Shown piece after piece: positions 25,839 to 38,900 of a stretch of DNA of 64,000 nt. The position numbers were made by a program, and so were the translations under genes. Position 1 is the first letter of the stretch. Each line of letters starts with the position of its first letter. The notes beneath the pieces were generated by a model that worked only from the letters and a program-made list of their open reading frames with translations, had not been told where the DNA came from and searched no databases. The stretch is from positions 12,883 through 76,882 of the forward strand of contig NMRA01000425.1 of the NCBI GenBank assembly GCA_002633005.1, given 5' to 3'. The DNA is from Phoronis australis (Eukaryota > Animalia > Phoronida).

Positions 25839-26366
25839 CAACAACATTCCACACCTCAACATCGGTCCATTTAACATTGCGTCCACAGCCGAGTTCTCCA
25901 TTGTAGGTAGATTTACTGCATCTGCCGTTAGACGGGAAATACTTGTTGCTACTGTCATACGAGTGGCTACCATAGAAGAACAACAGGTCGATACCTCCGC
26001 CAAAGAATGGGCCATGTTTGTAATGATCGCGCAGGGCGTTTTCTCGAAACCAGTACTGGCTGTACCTGACTGATGTGCATCCTTGTCTGCACAGCCGAAA
26101 CACGAAAGCGTTGCTGTCCTTCTTGTAGTCGTTGACACTTGCCCAGGAGACAGAGGCATAACCACCGAAAGTGGTTCCGCTCGTTGAATCTTTCCCAATA
26201 GAGATGGTTGGGCCCTTATTGTTGCATCTGCTGTGAAATACTGAAGGCTTCATACCGTCACGTGTTGCCCGGTACAGGAGCTTGAATGTCTTTCCCGGGA
26301 ACCATTCTCTCAGTAAAGCTACGTGGTCTGTAGTCAATAAGTTTGAACTAAGAATGGCTCCCATGC
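25839..26366 (-). CDS. Copy B exon 2: TLDc domain
   Basis: Open TLDc frame; ttttag acceptor and G|GTAAGA donor; 528 nt, phase 1-1. Confidence 0.88.
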
Positions 26367-26755
26367 CTAAAATTCAAGAGTATCATACAAACACGGAGTT
26401 TCATCCATGTTTTCAAGGTGACAGCGCAGTTTTGGCTAATGGAATTATAACATTAAAAATGGCAGAAACCAAAATGTTAGTTTACGATTTTGTCACATGA
26501 ACAGCAAAAAATGAGTCACAATTAATGAAACGTGAAACCTGGGTAGTTTATTCATGAATGAATCCAAGGTAAAAGAATACTGGTAAAAACTACAGACTGT
26601 TAACACTTACTTGTCTGAAGCTTAAAGTAAGATAGTGCTATCATGTAAGATGATGGGATTTTGAAATAAGCACAACTAAGGATCATGCAACTTATAGAGT
26701 GGAATAAACTAAATCGCTTCTGAAAATTGGCATTTAACGCCATTGACATTAATAC

Positions 26756-27545
26756 CTTTTCCCGTATCTTTCCCACCAGCCCATATGATGTCGTCTGTTT
26801 TCAACGATTCTTGACCAAGGAGAGATCTCAAGCCATGAGAATCCATTGAAACTACGTGAGAATTGTCTTCAAGGCATTTTCTTATCGCGGTTTCCCAATC
26901 CACTGATGTGTTGCTCAGTTTGAAACACGAATGTCCAAAGTAACGATATTGACTTGAGCAGTACAATTTGCTTAAAATGCGTTCAAAGGAGATCGATGAC
27001 ATTTCTCGTTGACTTATCACTTCCTGTTGTAACTCGGTAGCATTAAATGAAATGGACTTTCGTAGTTTCTTGTGAGAGCGATTCATAGTTCTTAAAATCG
27101 TTGAATGAAATTCCCGATTTTTACGTCCTTCTTCAATGCTTTTGTTTTGCATTCCTTCAAGCTTCGTTTGAAAGTGAGTTATGCTTTTTAGAACAGCCGC
27201 CTGAAAAATTCGGTCCTTAAGTCTTTCTGCGTTGCTACTGTTTCGCATTTCTTCAAGCTCTGTTTGAAAGCAACCCAATGCTTTTAGAATGGTCGATTGA
27301 AAATCCTGGTTCTTAAGTTGCTCTTCGTTGCTACTGTTTCGCATTTCTTCATGCTTAGGTTGAAAGTGAGTTACGTTCTTTCGAACAGTCGATTGAAAAT
27401 CCCGGTTGCTTTTTTCTTCGTTTTCCAGCAAAGAGATGACAGAATCTTCGGCAACAGACCTCTTCGTGGCAGCCGAAATCGCCTGGAGGGATGCAACTAC
27501 ATGGCACAGCACAACGATGACTACCAGGAGATTAGCGTAGAACAT
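26756..27545 (-). CDS. CTL/TLDc gene copy B exon 1: signal peptide, four coiled-coil units, CTL N-half
   Basis: MFYANLLVVIVVLCHVVASLQA; four FQS/FQA/FHS repeat units; YCSSQYRYFGHSCFKLS..VDWETAIRKC..IIWAGGKDTGK; AAG|GTATTA donor. Length 790 nt = 3n+1. Confidence 0.75.
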
Positions 27546-30484
27546 TTCTGATCATAGATTTATCGACATAGACGTGCACAGTTAAACCGTTTTCCAACAA
27601 CAAATAGCAACAAATGTCCTGACTTGTAGAGCGTTTCTCAAGGTTGTGAATGTGACGTAGACATAACATTTCTTGATAAGGTGAACGTTGATACTAAAGT
27701 GAAATGTTTTTCTTGTGTGAGAAACACTGAGATTAGATAAGTCCATGAATATGGTCAATAGTTTATGTGCAAGATACAGCGAAACGCATACACGTACGTA
27801 CATGTACGTTGACACGCATACCAACAAACCACTGAGAGTAATCCCTGATGTTTTGCATAAAAGTCCTCATGTTTTTAAATAAGCGATCTCAGTGTACTGG
27901 GAGGGAAAATTTTTAAAGCGTTCCTACAGTGAATTTTTGCACTTTTTGAGGTTCTAGACCGTGTATGAAATTAACTTTATAGTTTATGGGTATTGAACCT
28001 AGTGTTAATTTCAACTGTTACGTAATTGATGGAAATTATGAAATTAACCTTACTGTATTATTCACCCAGAACGATATTAGAATTCACGAGGGACTTTTGT
28101 TAACTTATAGTGACTGGTCGTATTGCATTAGGAGCACCAGCTGCCACCTGGTGGTGTTAAGATGTACTTCCAGTTCAAAGTGGTAAACAGAAGGACCTGT
28201 AAACAGATTATTCGCTTGTTTAGTATGACGTTATTTTTGAAGATTTTGACCCGGTCAAATAAAACTAAGATGCAAAAATTTAAAAACTAGAATAATAATT
28301 AAGCCACACTTATGTATCGCTGTATATTTGTGAGGTCTTGGAAAATTATTACCCCATTAATTATGGACTTGCTCTTTCTCAACTCTTCGGGAGCATACAG
28401 TAAGTGCAAGAGTTGTTGTTTCAATCCAAAAACACAATTGTGTTAGCAATTCATGTGTTTCCAAGACCTGCAAAAACTTTGAAAACATGATGTGACTGAG
28501 TAGTTCTATTACTATTTGTGGGTCCACGGCTCCTTGATAGCAGCTTATACGTCATCACTAAACACCCGAATAACATTTTGTTGGATGATGAGCGTTCTTA
28601 TTTTATGTTACAGCATCACGGGGAAACAGAATGCAGTAAACGTCGCGTAAGCCGGTTCAACCAGAACGAGATATGTCATGTCAGATCATCTACCAATGTC
28701 ATGATGTACCACTGAGCGTCTCTGCTGACTAGTGAAATATGCAACTACAATGTAGTTTTTGTTTGTTTTACTCCAATTAACGACTCACATGCTCTGTTGT
28801 GCCCTGCTTTCTCGAGCCAATCGCCCTCATTGTCGGGTTAGGTCGGGTTAAACCCTATCCCATTTGTACTCTAGCTCATTGTTCATGTCGAACTCGTTTT
28901 CAAGATCTTGCCTGAACTTTTCAAACGCAACGATTGGTGACAAGTAAAAGACACCAAGTTTAAAGACTTGCGTATATCATAAGCATACTTCTCTATCGTG
29001 CCATCTATTTTAAGAGTATCTGTCAAAACAGTGCGCCAGAATGTACAAGAACCATGCCATCTATGGAATCGCTTGATGATCATTTAATTGCAATAAAGCA
29101 AATCAGTCAGAGTTGTCAATATGTATCTCTACACTAGACTAATGCCAAGTTTAAGCTGCTGTGAAGCCTGTGTTCTATCCATGAAACAAGCTAATAATTC
29201 GTAACTGTTAACTCTCAGTTCTAGGAAAGCCTTGAAATCACGTCCAGTTTAACAAAAGAAATTCTTAGACCTAGTTCTAAAACTGTAAGTTCACAAAGTA
29301 AAAAATTGATTTTTGTAACTGAAGGCGAGTGTTTTGAATTTTTGAAAACCGGTTATCGTCTGTTTTACAGTTGCCGGTTGGCGCTGGGTTTGGGTAACTC
29401 GAGGGCTGTGGGGAAAACATCCGTTCAACCGCGAATTGTAAAATCCAGTTAGTTACGCAATGAGGCTAATCAAACACTTAACTTCTGGTGGTGTCACTAA
29501 AACAAACAATTTAATTCAGTAAAAGTGAATACTTTCAGACCTCTGTAGAACTTTATTTTGACATTAAACCAACCTGCCAGTAATTAGATCACATGACATC
29601 GTTTTAGGAAAAGATAGAACAAATAGAAGGCACATCCACAGCACACGGTCTGATCTCCATTCTTTGGTTATCAGAGTTGAAGGTGAGACAGGAATCTGAA
29701 AGTTAATTTATGTAAAATAGTAACCTCTAATGGTATAATATTATTATACAGTTATTGCAATTACTCAAATCATTCACCAACTTAACACGTCATGTATTTT
29801 GGCATTTTACATCGCATTTCGTCAGCTAAAATGACCTTAACGTAAATTTTTCAAAACCCATATCATTCGCAAAATCACTAGTTGTAGTCGACAATATATC
29901 AATACATTTTTGCCATTGCCTCATTGAAATGAAGCCATCGCTAACGCGGTAATTACTCTACTATACACATCGGACCTTACATCTGTTTCCTTATTAAACG
30001 GACCTCTTGGGAACAGATCGAACGACCAAGTACAAGATGCCGTGAAAAGGGCCTCCTGGCAATCAATGCGGGAAGTGTAGATATCTACTGGTGAAGTTCA
30101 ACATGCCTTGAAACTGGTGGAGTTTTTAATGAAAGGAAGAGTGCCGGTACTAATAAGAACAATGATGACAATGAGAATTATGATAATAGTGTGGTATAAC
30201 ACAAGAATGCACACAAAATGCCATCGTCATCTTTAATTGAGAAACAACCGGTTCTTTGTTGGTAAAACACGATCACGTAAAACACGTACTGAGATGACGG
30301 AAATTTCCAACACGTCCGTAATTCACTAGAGGCAGTAAAAGTGTCTAACACCCTACCTCAAAAATGGTGGATTTGATTGAGATGAAATTTTCGGATACAC
30401 TACTTGATGTAGTGATTTCCAAAGGTGTGTTAAATGTTATCTTAAATGGTTTCATTTTTCACATGAACAGCCAAAAATGGAGTC

Positions 30485-31460
30485 GATAACATTTTGCCAT
30501 TTCTGGACGTGTTAGTAGAGCGTGAGGGTACCTCAGTGATAACATCAGTATTTCATAAGAAGACTTACACAGGACTGTACACTTGTTTTCATAGCTTCAC
30601 ATCCTTTGTTTATAAAGTAGGTCTCATAAAGACGCTAATAGACAGGGTATATCGCATTAACAACACTTGGGCTAGATTTGATTCTAATATCAAAGAACTT
30701 ACAACGAATTTGCAAAAGAATGGCTATCCCCTAGAATTAGTCAATAGGGTACTGAAAGCAAGACTCCAACGTAACCCTGATGATGTTCATCCTGTAGACA
30801 AAACTAACTACAAGTACTTTAAAATACCCTATGTTGGGTTTTACGCCAAAATTGCTCAACGAAAACTCAACAAATTGGTGAATGATTACTGTGTGAACTT
30901 AAGAGTTGTATTAACATTCAAGTCTCTAAAACTGTCGAGTTTATTTAACCCTAAGGACAAAATTTCTATGGGTCTACGGTCCAAGGTTGTATACAAATTT
31001 ATCTGTGCTGGATGTGGCTCCAGTTATATAGGCGAAACTGTTCGCCATTTGAAAACCAGGACCAAGGAACATCTAAATTCTGACAGTAATTCACATGTAA
31101 ATATTCACCTGCAGAGCTCCAATCATTGTTATCAGCAGTGCTCTTTCAATGACTTTGCAATAATAGACCAGGCAGTAACAACAAAGGAGCTTAAAATTCG
31201 TGAGGCTTTACATATCAGTTGGTGCAAGCCCAATCTCAATAGGCAACTGACACACCACAGGTTGTCATTGTTGGTATAGTTCATTGTCACTCCCTGTAAC
31301 TGACTGTATCTGTGCTTCATTACTTGTTGCTGGGCCTAGCTAGGTGGCCACTGTATTATGACTTCTGAGGATGGTGTTTAATAAATGACACCGAAACATG
31401 TCAAGTTTTAAATCCGTTGTTGTTTTCGTGAACATATGCTGTTACTTGCTATCATGGAGA
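30485..31460 (+). mobile_element. 5'-truncated Penelope-like element (RT thumb plus GIY-YIG) inserted in intron 1 of copy C
   Basis: ORF 30494-31279: LPFLDVLV..TSVFHKKTYTGLY...NGYP...PYVG...VVYKFICAGCGSSYIGETVRHLKTRTKEH...EALHI...PNLN. Both flanks match the family's intron 1. Confidence 0.9.
31360..31407 (+). ncRNA. Minimal type I hammerhead ribozyme motif in the Penelope 3' region
   Basis: actt-CTGAGGA-t-GGTGT(loop)ACACC-GAAA-catg-TC-aagt gives stem I actt/aagt, stem II GGTGT/ACACC, palindromic helix III CATG and a UC cleavage site. Confidence 0.7.
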
Positions 31461-31464
31461 AGTC

Positions 31465-31872
31465 ACTTAAAACCTAAGTAGTTTATTCATCAACAGAGCG
31501 AACATAACCGAAAATACCGCAGGTAAAAACAACATACAGCTAACACTTACTTAATATAGTGTATACAGTTAATATTTGTTCTAAAATGATGGGATTCTGA
31601 AATACGCACAAGCGTTAACTTGGTGATCATAAATCGTATAGAGTGAAAGATTTCTTTACCCAAGATGCTCCTGAAAAACACTTGCATTTCTTCAAGATCA
31701 TGGTTTTTAAAACAGTCGATTGGAAAATCCGGTTGCTTTTTTCATTCTCGTTCAGTAAAGAGATGACAGATTCTTCGAAAACAGATCTCTTCGCCGCAGC
31801 CGACGTTGCTTGGAGAGATGCGACTTCATGACACAGCCCAACGATGACTACTAGGAGATTAGAGTTGAACAT
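31465..31872 (-). pseudogene. CTL/TLDc family copy C (internally deleted exon 1; TLDc and exon 3 absent)
   Basis: MFNSNLLVVIVGLCHEVASLQATSAAAKRSVFEESVISLL..., then jumps straight into intron-1-homologous sequence; interrupted by the Penelope element. Confidence 0.8.
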
Positions 31873-32129
31873 TTTTGCTGATGAGTTTATCGACATGAAC
31901 ACGTGCAGCTGGACCGTTTCACAACACTAACTGGGAACAAATGTCCTCAACCTCAAATGTAAAACATCACTAGAGCTTGTCAAAATGACAGGAACCTATT
32001 ATCAATCAATCAATCAATCAATCAATATCATTTATTGTACATCGTGGGCATTGCCTACACATATACATCAATACACAAATGAATATTCATAGTATTTCCA
32101 CAGACAGTAGTTCTTCTCTTTAAGTCATG

Positions 32130-32473
32130 GGGACTCAAGAATACCATATCCACCAGCATGACGTCAAGGACAATTCACTATCTTCAAGTTGAGAACCGGC
32201 CCCTGCCAGCTGCTCTCCCGCATGCATCGCCAGAAAATATCTCACACAAATGAGTGTCCCCGTGGTACTGGCCCTCATACTCCTGAGCATTTACTGCAGA
32301 GCTGTCCTCCCTGTACGTTCGATACCCTAAGGCGCCAGACATGGCCCAGTTCGGTGGAACTTAAAGTAAAACGGTGGGGCCCGACGGTATCATTGTGGCG
32401 AACTGCAGACTTCTCCCAGAGGACCAGACTGACCATTTACGCTAGATGGCCGGGAACGCTGGAGAAGAAGAGG
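32130..32473 (+). mobile_element. LINE 3'-end fragment (zinc-knuckle C-terminus) with GAA-rich tail
   Basis: IFKLRTG...ECP.GTGP.TPEHLLQSCP; flanked by diverged direct repeats of about 50 bp (32077-32130 and 32474-32527). Confidence 0.6.
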
Positions 32474-33669
32474 AAATGAATATTCAGAGTATTTACACAG
32501 AGAACAGTTCTCTTCTTAAAGCCATGGCCCGTCTGAATATACAATGCAAAACGATGGATACTGTCATGATGTTTCTGTTGAAATAACCCAAAAAACGCAA
32601 TATGACACTTTAGGGCAACGTTACCTATTATAAGACGAGCTTACATTAATACATTTTGCTAAGGCCTGCTGGACCAAGTGGTTAGCTAAAAACATTTGGA
32701 TGTTAAACATCAAAACTCCTTTGAAGTCAAGCTTTAAACTCGGCGCTCATTCAACAAAGTCAGTTTTTCAGACCCGGCACTCACTTATTGTCGACTACAT
32801 GGCGTGTTTGGTAAGTTTTTATAAATGACCATTGTTTCAAACAGTGTTCGTCACACCTGACATCAAATCCAGACTAGTACAGGATTGGGGTCTGCTAGTA
32901 AGATGCGTTTGCATGATTTTAAAGATTTGCAACGCATCCATTTATTAAATACCAAGCTTTATTGTGACGTGCTTTTAATTAACAATAGGTCATAAACTAT
33001 GCAGTAAAACAAGGAATTGTGGATAAAATATGCTCATTCACTTAGTCTTAAATTAAGACCTTCAGCGCTTATGTGTCAAAGCGTTTTAATTGGCTTTTAG
33101 ACGACGCTTATTCGAGACCGGCACTTATTAAAGGACTGGCACTTATGGCCGAAAGAACGACAATTAGTAACTCTGTGAATAATTATCGGTGGACATCCAC
33201 AAAAAATAATAAATGTATAGGTAAAGTCCAGAAACTCGAGAGAGAAAATGGGAATCTAAATCACATAGTAAACGCAAACAAGCAACGTATTAGCAACATA
33301 CATGTAGGAAGAGCTTCTGCAAGTGCATGCGCACCTTAATGGTGGAGAAACTACCACAATATTCTTCATTTTGCCTGCAATAGACTAACAGCGAACTATC
33401 AACTGGGTTAAAATGCAATACAAATGCAAAAAATGGTTTTAAAGCGCAGAAAACCACCGATGGAATAGACAGTAGGACTACCATTAGTGATATCCAAAGA
33501 TGAACAAGATCTAAAAGCAGAGCTAAAACAAAACAATTAGAATTTTTTCGTAAAGACACATCGTCGTTTGATTGAAATCTACTATCCAGAAAATGGCGTG
33601 GAGTGTATTCAATGGTTTTACAATCCTGTTGAACTTTATTTATTTTAATTCAATTTTAACAAGTAGCAA

Positions 33670-34500
33670 AATGCGTATAGTAATTTATGACAAAATAGTT
33701 TGCGAAATTGTTTAGAAGTGACAACAGCAAAAGCTATTTCAACGTCGATTTCACCCCGGGAAAGGTAGTTTAAATATTTCAAGTTATTAAATGTGAAATA
33801 TTCAACATAATCTGAGTATTAATATTTTTCTGATATGGCAAGTGGCAAGGCAGGTCAATTGTTCTAGCAGTCGTAGCTAAAGAACTTCTTTCACGGTGTT
33901 AAGGAGGACATGTTCCACTGTTTCTATCCTAGAATTGCCTTTTAGTAAATGCCCCACCCCATCGATTGCCTGCAAGCATGATTTGATACTTGGTGTGTGT
34001 CGATTCCCGTGTTCAAGCAGGTTTGACGATGGAAATATTTATAGAGTCATATATCACTGTTGCATGTCATGGGCAAACAACGCACGAAAATCCTGATAAC
34101 CGACTTAGAAACTAGACTGGCACATGATATTTGCATGAATGACAGGCGGAGATAGGCAAGGTTATTGCATATGGCACCTGTGTATATCGCATTGGTAGCG
34201 TCAAAACATCCAAATGAACGGCCAAGTCGTTTTACTGTGCATTCACAGGCTTTCAATAATGCTTCTCACTTGAAACATTGTGGAAAATACTACAAAAAGT
34301 CGGTATGCGTGGTGACATCCCCGTAACCTATAATATGGGCAGTATCTTTTCTTTAACAAAAATGCTGTTGAACATTTTACTTTTTTCAGGGTCCTCTTGA
34401 TAGTTCAGAATGCATGCATCACACGACCTTGTGTTATAATGAAGGGACTCTACCACCGTTTAAAATTCACCGTTAGCACAAGACAAAGAAGTGCAAGGCC
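33670..34500. repeat. Upstream block shared by copies C and E (paralogue at about 55690-56470)
   Basis: Collinear diverged match, e.g. tttagaagtgaca, ggcaaggcaggtcaa, agcaggtttgacgatg, gacttagaaactagactgg. Confidence 0.8.
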
Positions 34501-34899
34501 GGGATTCTTTTGTGGTAGTTGTGATTGTTTACCTATAAATAATGTCCTAGCTGCAAGTATTTGAATGCTAGAATGCGGGCGCGTTAGTGGATCACTGGAA
34601 ACAAAGATTCTCCGATTTCGTCAGTGGGTAGAAAGATGTAATCATGACACTTTATGTTACTTAAAATCTAATTATGCATGCAAATCAGGTTAATGATAGA
34701 TTATAAGATCAAACAAGACTTGCGTGAGTAAGATGAAGTTTGATGGTAATTTCACTTCGCTCGGGAGACGTTGAGAAACCAAAGCATCAGTAAAAATCTG
34801 TAGTCTGAAGAAAATATACACCAAAAACAATACTATCACAAACGCTTTATTAAGTCAATACTCAACAAACCAACTCATTTGCGTACACTCTTAAACAAA

Positions 34900-35400
34900 A
34901 TATCCTCAGAAAAAGTACAGTCTTTACGAACCGGTTTCTTCCAATCCTTGCTCTAACCAGCTGTTCTTAGAACGGTAGATGAAGTCACTTTGGCCTTAGC
35001 AGCACAAGAAGCTGCCGCAGATCGAGTCGAGTTAGGTGCAAACATAGTCCTATCAACGCCCGCCTTACATTAAACTGACCCAAATACAACGTGAAGCAGT
35101 GGACTTCGGAACAGCTTCATTAATAGCAATTGTACGAGTTGTGGTTCCTCTCAAATCCAGCGTTTGATACGAGTACTTTCTCAAAAACAATAACCAGAAT
35201 AGACGCCTGTCTGGTGTAAAATCAGTAAACACAGGTAAACATCAGATAAACAGGCTTCCCTGCTCTAGATTGTTTCAATAAATCTACAATAGTAAGGTGA
35301 TCACGAGGAAAACTAATATCTATATTCCTGACATGAAGCAAGTCTACAATTTGAGTACGCTGTCCAGAACGCAACAGCAACATACATGTACATGTAGCCA
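34900..35400 (-). mobile_element. Degenerate tyrosine-recombinase fragment (DIRS-like)
   Basis: Minus-strand FAPNSTRSAAASCAAKAKVTSSTVLRTAG*S (HSTRSA..S.A...IL..AGWS motif) and upstream LLRSGQRTQ. Confidence 0.6.
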
Positions 35401-35946
35401 AATTCTGTTCACTTCAGCTTACTGCATTCTTAAAACAGGTGATTTTGCCGTTCAAAATTTGTTATAGTGCTTGAAGGACCTGGGAACATTTTGGATAATC
35501 CATGTTATGAAAAGAAAAACAATTGTATTCCGTGTTGAAAGAGTAGTCGTCTACATGCAGGCTTACTATATTTTTTATTTTCCATTAACTTTTATTGAAA
35601 GAAAATCATTCACCAGTCTAATTTCAGCTCGCAGCATTACAAAAACAATATTTACCATACAGGCGTGCCCTGATGAATATTTCAGTGGAAACCTTTCGCA
35701 AAAACATAAAAGATTGCTCGCAATCAAACACTTATATAAATTAAAGCTAAGTGGTAATTTATTGAGTAGTATTGTGGCTCATTAGTTGATGTCGGTGTTG
35801 TTTCTTCTGTCAGTTCCCAAGAGCTTTGGTTCTTGTCTCGCTCAGCGATGTTTGTAAAATTTTCTACAAACAAGACACCCAACACTTCCTGGTGATATTT
35901 AAAGCCAGGTCAGCAATGCTCACACAATTGTGATTTACAGAAAGAC

Positions 35947-38900
35947 TGCGTCAATAAGTAGAACAAAAAGTCCAAATGAAGATATATTCGAAACGCTTAA
36001 CGACAGAATACAACGAGGAACCGGCAGGAAGTTAACAGAAACCACAACTCGAATACTATAGTTCAAACATACTGGCGTCACCACTTCCTCTCTCTCCCCC
36101 TTCCCCTCACCCTCCCCTTCCCTCTCCCTCTTCCTTTCTGTCCTTCTCTCAGAGGGTACCGGTGGATCGTTGGATGAACAGGATGGGAGACAGGCTGAGC
36201 TTGAGTCTGATAAGACTCGGGAGGGTCCACGATAGGGGGGGGTGAGATGTGACGGCTGTTCCGGTCAAAGTGAGTCATTGGGGGAAATCTGAGGTTGGGT
36301 CACCGAAAACGGTGGAGTGTCAGCAGGTCAAAGTCGGCATCGTCATCCGATGGGCAAGATAAACCTCGAACAGGTCCATCAGACGGAAAGGCCGTACTGG
36401 GAACAGCATAAAAATCGGAAATCGGCGCACGGTGTAAGCCTTACTGCGAAATTGATAAGAGGTAAACTTGCGTAGCTCACACCAATCATCAGATATGGCA
36501 AACACCAAATAACGCTCCAGAGCACGTGTCTTATCCTTGTCGCCTTTGAGGTACACTAACTCGCCGACAGTAAGCACAGTCGTAGAAGGAGCGACAAGAC
36601 GACGAACCTTAGAAGTAGCACAAGGCCTATGATATCATGGTCCACCACTGGAAGCTGAAAACTTTTGAATTGGTCGCGTTGGATCCATAGTTCACGCAAA
36701 GATAAACCATCCCGACGCGGACGGGAGTTGAGATAAGATGTGGCAAGTGACACGGTCACTGGAGAAATGGGACAACCATCTAGGGATAGACGTAGGAGCA
36801 CCATTCCCAATTTCTCTATAGCACGCTCTCCAAGAAGGTTTTTATTCGGGTTCTTGACACTTCCAATATCTAGGGTGAATTCCCCGCGAAATAGGCTGCT
36901 AATCGATCTTCAAAGCAAGAAAGCCAGGAGCCGACTCAACACGTATCGTAATTCAACCGTCACGAACAGGACTAAGATCAGACCACATGATCAACAAGGC
37001 AAAGCAAAGTTTATCGTGGGTATCGCCTGAAAGAAGCAGTGCTAAGGTGTAGAAAGTAACAGTGTCCTTTAAGACCAGTATGAACAGTCGATAGCGGCGC
37101 ATGACGTCAGCGGCGAAGAAGGAGCCAAAGACACCTGGAGCAGGTGAAGTGGACTGCGGCTGGACAGCTTTAGAAACGGAGTCGACAGCTTTGTCCAGAT
37201 CTACAGCAAAGAAGTAAAGATTAAACACACGTATGATCTGGAAACGAGAAGGGTGACCGAAGCGGATATGGAGAGCAGTCAGGAGAATGTCAAGTACGGA
37301 TCTTGGTACAACAATGCGATCTCGCGGTGGATGCAAAGTTTCACATGATTTGACCACTAACACACCATCTCGTGCAATGGCAACGTCCTTAAGGTAACGT
37401 TTGACGTCGGCAATTATGGTCAGCTTTCCTGGATGGCCGGGTTCCTGGCGAAAGATGCGCGTGGGTATGTCGTAGCTCGGGGCAATTTTGTTGAGTAACA
37501 TGCCAGGCGGCAAGGCTTGTGAAGGGCATGTGAGACGAGCCGTTGATGACGTCAGAAACAAACAAACCACGGTCGATTGAGTCCTTAAATTTGGCGATGA
37601 ATAGGCAAACTTCACATGATAGCTCTGGGCACGGTAAGGGATTCCTGTTAGAGAAGTCTGAAGGCAAGTTGGTGACATCGGCGATATGGCGTACACGAAT
37701 GCCATAGCGGCTCAAAGTGAACAGGAATGTAGAAACTCTGACGCTGTTTGAGAACTCGCCGCGATTCAAATTTTCATAAGCCTGAACACAAGGGCGGCTA
37801 TGTGTTAAAACCTGTGTGGTATGATCAGACTGGATGACGAACGGAGCAAAGTGACGGACAGAATCAGCTATGCATGGTGCTTCCATGTCGCAGGGTAGTG
37901 CTTTTATTCGTAATTTTTCGTAAGTGAAGCTTGCCGTCTCTGTTGACGATCAAGATAGCAGCAATGCCACGATTCTTGTCAGACCCATCGGTGACTATCC
38001 ATAAAATGTCTTGAAGCAGGTGTAGCGTGATGACTTTGGTGTTGGAAAGGGCATCGTGGGAAGCCTTGAAAGCGGAAAGTAAATCATAAGACCAAGTGAT
38101 ATGTTGTTTCGAATAACGGCCTGCGACAGTACGTTTCAATGGGTCCAAGAGGCCTGCGTAACCCTCTAGGACGCGACTCAACACCTTGTAAGCACCAGTA
38201 TAAAACCCCAGTCCGTGAACACTGGACAGGGATGATACCGAAGACAACGCTGCGACTTTGAGAGCTTGCCTGCAAGGCACCACTGGACTATACCCACCCA
38301 AGTACGACGATCGATTTAGGACAAATTATGATCTTTCTGGCGGATAAACGAAGGTAATTATACTTGAAGGCCTCTAAAACACGACGCCAGTTTTGCAGGG
38401 CTTCGTGGGGGAGGGTAGAACCACCAACGTACAAATTATCGACAATTTTGGCAACATAACTTTCTTGGACTAGATCGCCCAAGACGCCAGACATCAGTTC
38501 CTCAAGGCACGTCTCAGACCCGGGAATGCCCATTGCAGAACGGGTTTACACACGAATGCCTTTGTATGGAATGGCGACACCACAATACTTCATGGAGGAA
38601 TGACTAAGCAGAATTTGGTAGGACTGCAAACCGAGACAACGAGGAACTTTCACTTTGCAATATCCCGTAAGACACTATTTACGTTAGGAATTAACGAAGG
38701 TTGAGGCTTGTTGTACTGGGTAACTTCACCAAAGGAAGTGACAAGTCTATTACCGCCATTGGACTTCTTAACAAGGAAGTACGTGTTGAGATACTCTACT
38801 GTGACGTTCCTCAGCTCCGGCTAAGCAAAAACATCAGAATTCTCTANCGCCGTTGCATTTGGAAATGACGGGGTTGAAAAGTTCATATTCGTGGTGTAAG

